The position numbers were made by a program, and so were the translations under genes. Below the pieces are notes generated by a model that had not been told where the DNA came from, did not search any database, and worked only from the letters and a program-made list of their open reading frames with translations. A stretch of DNA of 40,437 bases from Verrucomicrobiota bacterium (GTDB lineage: Bacteria > Verrucomicrobiota > Kiritimatiellia > UBA8416), in contig JABGOW010000487.1 in assembly GCA_018645275.1 (NCBI GenBank), positions 1-40,437 on the forward strand, written 5' to 3'. Shown here in pieces: positions 32,591-40,437 of this stretch. Position 1 is the first letter of the stretch; every line of letters begins with the position of its first letter.

Positions 32591-33529
32591 CTAGCTTTCA
32601 TCCCCATGCGCTTCGTGGTCGTCGTGATCGTGATCTTCATCTCCGCATTCCCGCCGCTGCGTGTCGTATATCCGTAGCCGCGCGATCAGAAGGTCATTGG
32701 CTGGCGGGGATGTGGCCTGCCCACGCTCCAACAGCCGCAAACGTTCATGCATGGCGGGATTCTCCGGTGAAATCGCCAACATGGCGCGCAGGTCTGCAAT
32801 GGCTCCACTGGTTTCCCCCTCTGCCTCTCGCAAGAGAGCACGGTAGAGCAACGCTTCGGCCTTGTCGAGCAAGTGATCGTGATTGCTCGCATCTGCTGTT
32901 GCTTCCCAGAATGCAATCGCCGCTGCGAATGCCTGCCGGGCTTGCTCGCGTTCGCCCGTTTGTAGCAGAATTCGTCCTTTTTCAAGCTGCACTTCGTAGG
33001 CGTAAGGAATGTTGCACTGGGCACGACCGAGGATTCGGAGTGCAAGCTCCGGGCGCTTCGCCTCGCTTGCGAGCCAGAAGGCCGCCACGAGGTAGCCATT
33101 GAGGTTCTGCGGGTTCACCCGCGTGGCAAGGCTGAGCCATGGCATGATCTCCGCAATATCGGAAGTCCCGGACAGATGCTGATGGTTGCGCGGACAGACT
33201 TCGTTGCGCACGATTTGGAAGGGATCGGCATCAAAGGCGAGTGCCTTCTCGTGCGGCACCCCCCGATGGAAGTAGACGTCCGCTTGCGTGTAGAACTGAG
33301 ACCCCAGTGCGAGGCGCGTATCACCAACGATGGCCTGCGCCAGAGAGGGCTGGCCCGCTGGCTCCCGTTCCGTGTGGGCAGCTGCGATGAGTTGGCATGC
33401 CAGCGAAAACGCGGCCACGCTGAGCGCACAAACCAAGGTGAACGCTGTGAGTTGCGGCCTGAAGCCCCGCTGTGTTCGTGCCGGAGCGCCACGTGGTGCG
33501 CTGTGGAGATGCTGATCTGCTCTGCCCAT
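32591..33529 (-). CDS. Membrane-anchored TPR-like repeat protein with a His/Asp/Glu-rich C-terminal tail
   Basis: N-terminal TM (LTAFTLVCALSVAAFSLACQLIAAA), then helical repeat content. The C-terminus reads RRECGDEDHDHDDHEAHGDES. Confidence 0.6.
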   Translation of the reverse strand: MGRADQHLHSAPRGAPARTQRGFRPQLTAFTLVCALSVAAFSLACQLIAAAHTEREPAGQPSLAQAIVGDTRLALGSQFYTQADVYFHRGVPHEKALAFDADPFQIVRNEVCPRNHQHLSGTSDIAEIMPWLSLATRVNPQNLNGYLVAAFWLASEAKRPELALRILGRAQCNIPYAYEVQLEKGRILLQTGEREQARQAFAAAIAFWEATADASNHDHLLDKAEALLYRALLREAEGETSGAIADLRAMLAISPENPAMHERLRLLERGQATSPPANDLLIARLRIYDTQRRECGDEDHDHDDHEAHGDES

Positions 33530-33532
33530 TGG

Positions 33533-34321
33533 CTAGTCCTGATTGCTACGCGAAAAATGTTTGGCCCGGAAGCCCATCCACGCTAGCAGAAGCAAGATGG
33601 ATACCACAATTGCCCCATAGAGCAATGTCGCTCCGAAAAAAGTCCATGACATGGGGCCATACATGTGAATCACTCTGCGTCGCATGTCGAATAGTTCAAA
33701 ATGGGGTAGGGCTCCGTAGAGAATCATCAGCGCAGTCTGCCGCCACCCTTGAGCGTGGAAGACCATTTCCGGAACGCGAGGGACAAGCAGGAACATGGCC
33801 GCCGTCATGACGTAGGTCATGGCGGATGCGGCATCCTGGTGCATGCGTGTAGAGAGGGCGATGGCGAGGGCGGCAACGATGCCGAGTGCTGCTGTGTGAA
33901 GTGCGATGGCCTGAGCGAGCGCTACGGCCTGAAAGTGCCCGCCGTGGCTCCACACGATGATGACGGTAAGGAGATAGAAACACGCGACCGCGGCTGATAC
34001 GACAGACCATGCTCCAAGCCATTTGCCCACAATGAGCTCGCCGCGTCGGATCGGTTTGGCCAGCAGGGGAAGAATGGTCCCGCGGGATTCCTCCTGTGGC
34101 AGCTGGCGGCTTGCACAGTTTGTGGCCAGGATCCACCCGAAGAACCAGGCCGCGAGAAAGCCGGCGTCCTTAACGAATCCAACAACATTCCCCAATCCAA
34201 AGATGTCCAGAGAGACGAGTCCAAAGAGCAAGGCGGCAAGCAGAATTAGCAACACATAGAGGTCCTTGCGTCGCAACATCTCAAGCCAGACAATCCTGGC
34301 GACCGTACGCACACGTCTCAT
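33533..34321 (-). CDS. ABC-2-type transporter permease
   Basis: 262 aa with 6 hydrophobic segments. The start overlaps the stop of the upstream ABC ATPase gene by 4 nt. The family call rests on topology and context. Confidence 0.6.
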   Translation of the reverse strand: MRRVRTVARIVWLEMLRRKDLYVLLILLAALLFGLVSLDIFGLGNVVGFVKDAGFLAAWFFGWILATNCASRQLPQEESRGTILPLLAKPIRRGELIVGKWLGAWSVVSAAVACFYLLTVIIVWSHGGHFQAVALAQAIALHTAALGIVAALAIALSTRMHQDAASAMTYVMTAAMFLLVPRVPEMVFHAQGWRQTALMILYGALPHFELFDMRRRVIHMYGPMSWTFFGATLLYGAIVVSILLLLAWMGFRAKHFSRSNQD

Positions 34322-35088
34322 GACAGGCCCCCTGAAGATGAGTCTGAAGCGGATGGGGCATCTCCGTCTGCAATGGTACGCATGAAGAACCGTTCGAGTG
34401 GCTCGCCAGTGGGCACGAGCGTTGCGGTCGGTCCCTGCGCCACGAGGCGGCCTTGGTTCAGAATCGCCAGACCATCGCAGACAAGTTCGACTTCCGAGAG
34501 TTCGTGGGAGGAGAAAAACACCGTTTTTCCACGGGTTCGCAGATCTGAGATGATATCACGAATCAGCCCGCGGCCAATGGGATCGAGCCCGCTCGTCGGC
34601 TCATCCAGAATCACGAGATCGGGGTCGTTGATGAGCGCTTCTGCGATGCAGATGCGCTGGAGCATACCGCGCGAATAGGTTCCGACTCTACGCTTGGCGG
34701 CATGGACAAGATCCAACTGCTCCAGAAGGGATGCGATGCGCGCTTCAAGAGGTCGGCGTGGGATGCAGAACAGCTGTCCGGCAGCTCTGAGCAGCTCTTC
34801 TCCCGTCAGAAAACGGTAGGTGTTGGGGTGCTCGGCGAGATAGCCGATGCGCTGTCTTGCAATTGAGTGACGCACATCGGTTCCGAAAATGGAGGCTGTG
34901 CCGGAGGTCGCCTCAATGAAGCCGAGAAGGACGTGCATTGCAGTCGTTTTTCCGGCCCCGTTGGGACCAATGAAGCCAAAAACCTGCCCTGTGGGAATGC
35001 TCATCGTGAGGTTCTGAAGGGCGGGCACCGAGCCCCTGCCCGCCGCATAGGTAACGGAAAGATCCTGAATGTCAATAGCCGCACTCAT
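34318..35088 (-). CDS. ABC transporter ATP-binding protein (ABC-2/CcmA-type)
   Basis: Walker A GPNGAGKTT, Q-loop, signature YSRGMLQR, Walker B LVILDEPTSGLD and H-loop SSHEL. I placed the start at ATG 35088 (MSAAIDIQDL...). Confidence 0.85.
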   Translation of the reverse strand: MSAAIDIQDLSVTYAAGRGSVPALQNLTMSIPTGQVFGFIGPNGAGKTTAMHVLLGFIEATSGTASIFGTDVRHSIARQRIGYLAEHPNTYRFLTGEELLRAAGQLFCIPRRPLEARIASLLEQLDLVHAAKRRVGTYSRGMLQRICIAEALINDPDLVILDEPTSGLDPIGRGLIRDIISDLRTRGKTVFFSSHELSEVELVCDGLAILNQGRLVAQGPTATLVPTGEPLERFFMRTIADGDAPSASDSSSGGLS

Positions 35089-35156
35089 GTTGAGAATGCT
35101 ACGCAGGAGAGGCGAGCAATGCAAGTACGAGAAGCACGAATGGGTCAAGTACCCGT

Positions 35157-36692
35157 CTAGAAATCCTTGACGATGGGACGATTCAGCATCGTCTCATAGA
35201 TGTCAAAATAGGACTGTGCGGTCACCTGGTGGTTGAAGCGGTTCTTGCTCTCTCGCATGATGCGTTCGATCTGATCCGCTTTGACGGAATCAGGCTGCCG
35301 GAAGAACTCCATGGCTTCATCAACAGCCCATCGCAGACCGCCCGCGTCATAGGTGTCAAACAGGAAGCCGTTTCCTGTATCGTTGGATACATCCAGGTGG
35401 GTCACGGTATCATGAAGCCCGCCCGTGTTCCGGGCAATCGGAAGGGATCCGTAGATGCTACTTACCATCTGTGGGAGTCCGCACGGCTCGAAGAGAGATG
35501 GGATGATCATGAAATCGGAAGCGGCATAGCCGTGACGTGAGAGGGGCTCTCCGAAATCGCAGACGGCGACGTGATCCCCGAAATCGTGCTGCCGCACAAT
35601 GTCGTGGAACACCGGCTGGTAGGAGCCATTGGCAACGATGGCAACCTGTAGGTTGTCACCCCAATAGGAGGACACCATATCATAAAGGATGTCCGAGAGC
35701 AGTTGGCAGCCCTTCTGAACGGGATCGAGCCGTGAGGGCCAGAAGAAGATGGGGGCATTTGGATCCACTTTCAGTCCAACGCGTTCCTGGAACGCCGCCT
35801 TGTTGGCGCGCTTGCCTTCGACATGGGTCTCTGCCGTGTAGTTGAGGGGCAGGAACTCATCTGTCTCAGGGTCGTTTGCCGGGTCGGGGGCGTTGAGAAT
35901 TCCGCTGGCACAGTCGTTCTTGCTCTTCTGGAGCATTTCGTAGCGGATATTGGCCGGCACGAAATCATGCTCGCCCCTGCAGACCTCATTGAGGAATGTC
36001 GGGCTAACGGTATTGATGAAATGGGACGCGAAGACGCCACTTGCGAGTAGGTCAACGGGGTTGTGGTTCCGCGACTCTTCGTAGTTCCAAGGGGGCATCC
36101 CGTAGAAGAGGTATTTCCAGAATTCCGCGGCGTCGATGCCCGCATCTTCAATTTGCGACAGCGTCAGGTCGTAGGAGTGAATGTTGTGGACCGTGAAGAG
36201 GCTGGGAATGCCAAGGCGGCGTGCGGCGGCGGGGACCAGGCCGGTCATCCAGTCATTGCAGTGAATCAGATCGGGGTCGACCGACGGGATGATGTTGTTG
36301 ATGACCTCACGCTGAAAGGCGAGTGCGACTTTCTTGTTTGTCGAGACGTCGTCTGCGTAGACGGCATCCCGGTAGTAGAAACAGCGGTCTTCAGCCAGAT
36401 GGATACGCGCCCGAGGCAGCTTGTTCATATAGACGCGGAGCTCTTCATTGATGAGTTTTCCCGCGTCGATATGGAACATGCGACGGTAGTGTGGCAATGC
36501 CACGTGAACGTCCGCGCCAAGATCGAACAGTGCCGAGACCAGCGAGGAGGAGACATCGGCCAACCCGCCGGCTTTCGCCGACATACGGTTGGCCATGTTG
36601 CCCATGCCATTGGGGAGATACGTGATCTCCGGAGTCACGATGAGAATCCGAGGGTTCTTCCGTCGGCGTCTACGCGGGGTTGGCATGGCCAT
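35157..36692 (-). CDS. glgA: Glycogen/starch synthase (GT5)
   Basis: ILIVTPEI...KAGGLADV N-terminal motif. GT-B C-terminal half: PSLFEPCGLPQMVSSIYGSLPIARNTGGLHDTV. Confidence 0.85.
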   Translation of the reverse strand: MAMPTPRRRRRKNPRILIVTPEITYLPNGMGNMANRMSAKAGGLADVSSSLVSALFDLGADVHVALPHYRRMFHIDAGKLINEELRVYMNKLPRARIHLAEDRCFYYRDAVYADDVSTNKKVALAFQREVINNIIPSVDPDLIHCNDWMTGLVPAAARRLGIPSLFTVHNIHSYDLTLSQIEDAGIDAAEFWKYLFYGMPPWNYEESRNHNPVDLLASGVFASHFINTVSPTFLNEVCRGEHDFVPANIRYEMLQKSKNDCASGILNAPDPANDPETDEFLPLNYTAETHVEGKRANKAAFQERVGLKVDPNAPIFFWPSRLDPVQKGCQLLSDILYDMVSSYWGDNLQVAIVANGSYQPVFHDIVRQHDFGDHVAVCDFGEPLSRHGYAASDFMIIPSLFEPCGLPQMVSSIYGSLPIARNTGGLHDTVTHLDVSNDTGNGFLFDTYDAGGLRWAVDEAMEFFRQPDSVKADQIERIMRESKNRFNHQVTAQSYFDIYETMLNRPIVKDF

Positions 36693-36703
36693 ACACTATC
36701 CTC

Positions 36704-39250
36704 CTAGCTCTCGTCAGCCCAGGTGATGAATCCCGGCATGACGTGAGACCATTCTTTTCCTCTTGGCGTTACGCGGGTCGTAAACGCGTAGCGCCCGGTT
36801 CGTTTGCACACCAATTTGTGCTGGTAACGATAGTCCCCATTTCCGACATGCTCACCTTTGGGAACCACTGCGACATGGCTGTCACAGATATGGAGCTCTG
36901 AATTTACGGGGCCATAGTAGACCTCGACATCGACTTCTTCCGGAGTCAGTTCTCCCAAGTGCACGTCCGTCGTGATGGTGAAAGCGTCTCCGACATGTAG
37001 TTTGCCCGGCTCCACCGCATGTTGTGGTGTCGAAACCTTGACCTGCCCCCAGAGCTTCTCCAGGCGTGCATGCTGCTTTACCAATGCCTCCGCCTTGGCG
37101 GCCTTGTTTGACAGGAGCTCAACATAGGACTCAGCAGCGGGTTTGTAGTAGAGCTCGTTGTATTGGGATACCATCCGATGGCTCGTGAAGGCCTGCAAAC
37201 CCATGCGGATTGAGTGCTTCATCATACGAATCCACTGTGTGGGCAAGTCTCCGCCTTCACGATCGTAGAAGGTGGGAATGATCTCATTCTCAAGCAGGTT
37301 GTACAGCGCCTGAGCCTCCACGGCATCCTGATACTCCGTGTCCTCGTAAACTTCGCCGTCTCCGATTGCCCAACCGGTGTCCTGCGTATAGCCTTCGCAC
37401 CACCAGCCATCCAACACGCTGGCATTGAGGCTTCCGTTAGCAGCAGCCTTCATTCCGGAGGTTCCGCTCGCTTCCAGGGGGCGCCTGGGCGTGTTGAGCC
37501 AGACGTCGACGCCTTGAACCAGTCGGCGTGCGATGCCGATATCGTAGTTCTCAAGAAAGACGATGTGGCGACGGATGTTGTTCTTGCGGGCAAAGTGAAC
37601 AATACGCTGAATCAGCTCCTTGCCGTGAACATCGGCAGGATGCGCTTTGCCGGCAAAGAGGAACTGGATGGGACGCTCTTCGTTGGTCAGTAGCGCCTCG
37701 AAGCGTTCCATATCGTGTAGCAGCAGGGCTCCCCGCTTATAGGTGGCAAAGCGGCGAGCGAAACCGATTGTTAGAGCGTCGTGATCCAGAATGGACTTTG
37801 CCTGGGCGATCTCAGATCGGCTCGCGTTACGCGCTTGATACTGCTCGGCGGCATGCTCACGTGCAGCCCGAATCAGGCGTGAACGTCCGATCTCATGGGC
37901 TCTCCAAAGCTCTTCGTCCGGGATCTGGTTGACGCCTTCAAGCGTCGTCTTTGCTCCGGGATGGTTGCGCCAGCTTGGACCAATGTAGCGGTCGAACAGG
38001 GCGACATTCTGGGCAGAAAGCCAGGTCGGCACGTGAACGCCGTTGGTGACGTGGCCGATGGGCACCTCGTCTTCTGCACGTCCCGGCCAGAGGTGAGACC
38101 ACATCTGACGGGCAACTTCCCCGTGTAGCTTGCTGACGCCGTTGGCGTACTTCGCCATCTGCAAGCCAAGAATGGTCATGGATGCTTCAGTCTCAGACTC
38201 GCTTCCGGGGGCTTGGCTAAGACGGACGAACGCCTTGGAGCTAAGGCCTGTTTCTGTCTCCACTGCATCTAGGTGCGGGCGTAGAAGCTTGGGTTCAAAC
38301 GTCTCATTTCCGGCGGGTACCGGCGTATGAGTGGTGAACACGCTGCAGCGTGGAACGATTTCCTTGGCCTGTTTCAGGGAGAGCCCCTTGCTCTTCATGA
38401 AATACTCAATGCGCGCCATGCTCAGAAACGCGGCGTGTCCTTCATTCATATGACAGACCGCCGGCTCGTAGCCCAGTGCGATCAGGGCACGGAATCCGCC
38501 GATTCCGAGCAACAGTTCCTGACGCAGCCGATTCAGACGGTTACCGCCGTAGAGCTGGGCCGTGATGCTCCGGAACTCGTGACGATTGTCTGGAATGTTG
38601 GTGTCGAGCAGCAGTAGCGGCACGCGGCCGATCTTGAGGCACCACACGGTTGCTTTCAGGGCTCCCTCCGGGAGGGGGACGGTGACGATCACTTCGTTGC
38701 CATTGGGATCCAGCGCCTTTTCGAGGGGCATATGCTGGACTTCACTCTCGGGATAGCGTTCCTGCTGCAATCCGTCACGGTTCAGGTACTGCTGGAAATA
38801 GCCTTGTCGATAGAGGAGGCCAACGGCAGCAAGCGGAACGCCAATATCCGAGGCGGCTTTGAGGTGGTCGCCTGCAAGGGCACCCAACCCGCCGGAGTAG
38901 ATGCGAACGGTTTCGTGGATGCCGAACTCCAGCGAGAAATAGGCCACTGACTGGCTTGCAGGTGCGTGCTGGCTCTCGATGCAGACCCGATTGAAGCGCT
39001 CCTCAACTCGGCGCATATGCGCAAGAAAGGCCTCATCTTTCGTCAGGGCTGCCAGTCGTTGCTGTGAGACGCCGGCGAGCAGTTTTAGCGGGTTGTAGCC
39101 CACTTCCTTCCAGGTGTTTGAGTTGATGCGCCGGAAAAGCTCCGTTGCATCTGCATCCCAGCACCACCAGAGGTTACGCGATAGTGTTTCGAGGAATTGC
39201 AGTTCCTCGGGAACTGCAGGGGCGACGTTGTAAAGTTGAACATTCTTCAT
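36704..39250 (-). CDS. glgP: Alpha-glucan phosphorylase (GT35, alpha-glucan family)
   Basis: LWWCW N-terminal DUF3417-type segment, YFSLEFG, GGLGALAGDHLKAASD, and the PLP-lysine motif LEASGTSGMKAAANG. I placed the start at ATG 39250 (MKNVQLYN...). Confidence 0.9.
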   Translation of the reverse strand: MKNVQLYNVAPAVPEELQFLETLSRNLWWCWDADATELFRRINSNTWKEVGYNPLKLLAGVSQQRLAALTKDEAFLAHMRRVEERFNRVCIESQHAPASQSVAYFSLEFGIHETVRIYSGGLGALAGDHLKAASDIGVPLAAVGLLYRQGYFQQYLNRDGLQQERYPESEVQHMPLEKALDPNGNEVIVTVPLPEGALKATVWCLKIGRVPLLLLDTNIPDNRHEFRSITAQLYGGNRLNRLRQELLLGIGGFRALIALGYEPAVCHMNEGHAAFLSMARIEYFMKSKGLSLKQAKEIVPRCSVFTTHTPVPAGNETFEPKLLRPHLDAVETETGLSSKAFVRLSQAPGSESETEASMTILGLQMAKYANGVSKLHGEVARQMWSHLWPGRAEDEVPIGHVTNGVHVPTWLSAQNVALFDRYIGPSWRNHPGAKTTLEGVNQIPDEELWRAHEIGRSRLIRAAREHAAEQYQARNASRSEIAQAKSILDHDALTIGFARRFATYKRGALLLHDMERFEALLTNEERPIQFLFAGKAHPADVHGKELIQRIVHFARKNNIRRHIVFLENYDIGIARRLVQGVDVWLNTPRRPLEASGTSGMKAAANGSLNASVLDGWWCEGYTQDTGWAIGDGEVYEDTEYQDAVEAQALYNLLENEIIPTFYDREGGDLPTQWIRMMKHSIRMGLQAFTSHRMVSQYNELYYKPAAESYVELLSNKAAKAEALVKQHARLEKLWGQVKVSTPQHAVEPGKLHVGDAFTITTDVHLGELTPEEVDVEVYYGPVNSELHICDSHVAVVPKGEHVGNGDYRYQHKLVCKRTGRYAFTTRVTPRGKEWSHVMPGFITWADES

Positions 39251-39537
39251 AAATGACTCCCAAAAGAAGATACAAAAGAGGTCCAGCCCCACGTTGGGTG
39301 AGTGCTGGAGATGGTTGACTACGCGAGGTCCCTTCCCGCCGTGACGATGGGGTTGCCTTCTTGCTGTCTGAATGTGTTGTACGACATCCAAGAGCACTAG
39401 CCAAGCCAATACGGAGGGCTAGCGGAAGGAGGCAGAATCTGCCGCTATCTGGGCGCATGAGGCGCTACGATGGATTTCGAGTGCCCCGGACGGCCCGACC
39501 GGTAGGATTCTGCATGTACGAGTGTGGTGGTGTGAGG

Positions 39538-39819
39538 CTAGCCCACTTCCACGACGCTGTTCAATGACCCGAAGCCATCGTGTGACCAGTCGTCACAGTT
39601 CGGATCGACGCACCACGTGTCATTGATGACGAACTTGTATGCGTGCTTGCCCTTTTCGAGCAGCGCGATGCCCTGGAATGCTCCGTTTCCAGCTTTGTCC
39701 TTGAGCACTTTGCTGGTTGGGTTCCAGTTGTTGAAGTCGCCTGCGACGCTGACCTTGCTGCCAACATCGGCTTGAACTTTGAAGGTGACGCGCTTTTTGC
39801 CTTTGGTTGCTGAAGCCAT
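39538..39819 (-). CDS. Stand-alone glycogen-binding CBM48 (AMPK-beta/isoamylase-N-like) domain protein
   Basis: 93 aa: VTFKVQADVGSKVSVAGDFNNWNPTSKVLKDKAGNGAFQGIALLEKGKHAYKFVINDTWCVDP. This is the classic CBM48/E-set pattern. Confidence 0.7.
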   Translation of the reverse strand: MASATKGKKRVTFKVQADVGSKVSVAGDFNNWNPTSKVLKDKAGNGAFQGIALLEKGKHAYKFVINDTWCVDPNCDDWSHDGFGSLNSVVEVG

Positions 39820-39961
39820 GGGATTTCCTCAATTTCTTTCAATAGGATTGAACCGTTGTGGTTCGCTGTGTTGTGTAATTAGGGGTCCGCCTTTTTCGCG
39901 AACGAGGCGGAGTGTTTACGAAAGGAGGCGGCGCAGGTCAAGTTCGAGTTTTGCCAGGTCG

Positions 39962-40437
39962 CTAGCTGAGCAATGCCAGCACTCGAAAAAGCTCGGTTTC
40001 TCCCCATGCTTGCGCGCCACATCCACGCTGGCGATGCGGGGTCGTTGCATCCAGGATTTCGGGAATGTGTCCGATGCAGCCCTCGTTGGCAAGCGTGCCC
40101 CCGCTCGCCAACAGCGAAAGGGCGGTTTCACGCATTTCCTCCCCGCCAACAGCGCAAAGCGCCTCACAGTAGGATGGGAATGGCCACGTCCACGCGGTTC
40201 CATTGTGGTAGGCAGGCTTGCGTCTTGTATCCTCGTCGCCGGAGTAGGTTCCCCAGAATGGCCGCTCCGGGTCGTTGAGCAGCTCGTCGTCTCGATAGAC
40301 TGCGAGCGGGGGCTGAACGCTTTGGTCGGCGAGGCTCCTGATGGCACCCGGAATGAGAAGCTGTTCAGTTGCGGCTAGCACGCCCTTGGCAAGGTCAGGC
40401 TCACCAATGGTACCCAGCGTGATGGCAAAGAGTTGAT
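39962..40437 (-). CDS. Glycogen debranching enzyme / amylo-alpha-1,6-glucosidase (GDE_C), C-terminal part; the gene continues beyond the right edge
   Basis: AYHNGTAWTWPFPSY, GHIPEILD and CGAQAWGETELFRV motifs. The frame is open from 40381 to the window end (QLFAITLGTIGEPDLAKG...). Confidence 0.7.
   Translation of the reverse strand, partial: QLFAITLGTIGEPDLAKGVLAATEQLLIPGAIRSLADQSVQPPLAVYRDDELLNDPERPFWGTYSGDEDTRRKPAYHNGTAWTWPFPSYCEALCAVGGEEMRETALSLLASGGTLANEGCIGHIPEILDATTPHRQRGCGAQAWGETELFRVLALLS

Noticed and set aside
1-40437. Search for tRNA, rRNA, tmRNA, RNase P RNA, CRISPR arrays, transposase/integrase genes, prophage genes or recognised defence-system genes
   Set aside because: By eye I found no T-loop/acceptor-type tRNA signature and no conserved RNase P or tmRNA motifs. 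I found no regularly spaced direct repeats and no ORF with DDE, tyrosine-recombinase or serine-recombinase motifs. The gene-poor region has repeats but no enzyme gene. Covariance-model and HMM scans would be needed to exclude them formally.

Overview
This is a 40.4-kb chromosomal window of about 57-58% GC. It is densely coding except for one 2.1-kb gene-poor mosaic. All family assignments come from motif recognition in the supplied translations; no database search was run.

Gene content from left to right:
- An exopolysaccharide/O-antigen-type cluster on the + strand: a partial flippase-like membrane protein, two GT4 glycosyltransferases, a radical SAM/SPASM enzyme and a Wzy_C/O-antigen-ligase-family protein. 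It converges on, and overlaps by 21 nt, a TatD-family hydrolase gene.
- A gene-poor region (about 6840-8967) made of nested palindromic/MITE-like repeats. It also holds an intact Phd/YefM-like antitoxin gene followed by a truncated RelE/ParE toxin remnant.
- A complete tryptophan operon, trpE-G-D-C, then a 217-nt gap, then trpF-B-A.
- A 4HBT thioesterase and a thioredoxin/DsbD-like membrane protein.
- An Mla-like module: an MlaE permease, an ABC-ATPase-like protein in which every catalytic motif is degenerate, and an MCE/MlaD protein with a long TPR-like tail.
- rpoD carrying a roughly 190-aa Lys/Ala-rich N-terminal extension.
- An RRM RNA-binding protein with an N-terminal hydrophobic segment.

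From about 23.85 kb onward almost all genes are on the - strand:
- A DJ-1/PfpI protein.
- A type II secretion/type IV pilus-like set, gspE/pilB, gspF/pilC, an NtrC-type sigma-54 activator and a pilin gene. The pilin gene has a textbook sigma-54 promoter and an intrinsic terminator.
- A divergent gene on the + strand for a stand-alone GspE-N-terminal-domain protein.
- A tight operon of ABC ATPase, ABC-2 permease, a TPR protein with a His/Asp-rich tail, a GspA/ExeA-like AAA+ protein and a Pro-rich GspB-like protein.
- A glycogen cluster: glgA, an alpha-glucan phosphorylase, a stand-alone CBM48 protein and a partial debranching enzyme.

The pilin N-terminus and overall gene content suggest a PVC-superphylum-like organism; this is inference only. 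I found no rRNA, tRNA, CRISPR array, transposase or integrase.

No single compact undescribed system is proven. The candidates most worth follow-up are the repeat mosaic, the pseudo-ATPase Mla module, the pilus/secretion neighbourhood with its unusual accessory genes, and the two unusual architectures (rpoD and the RRM protein).
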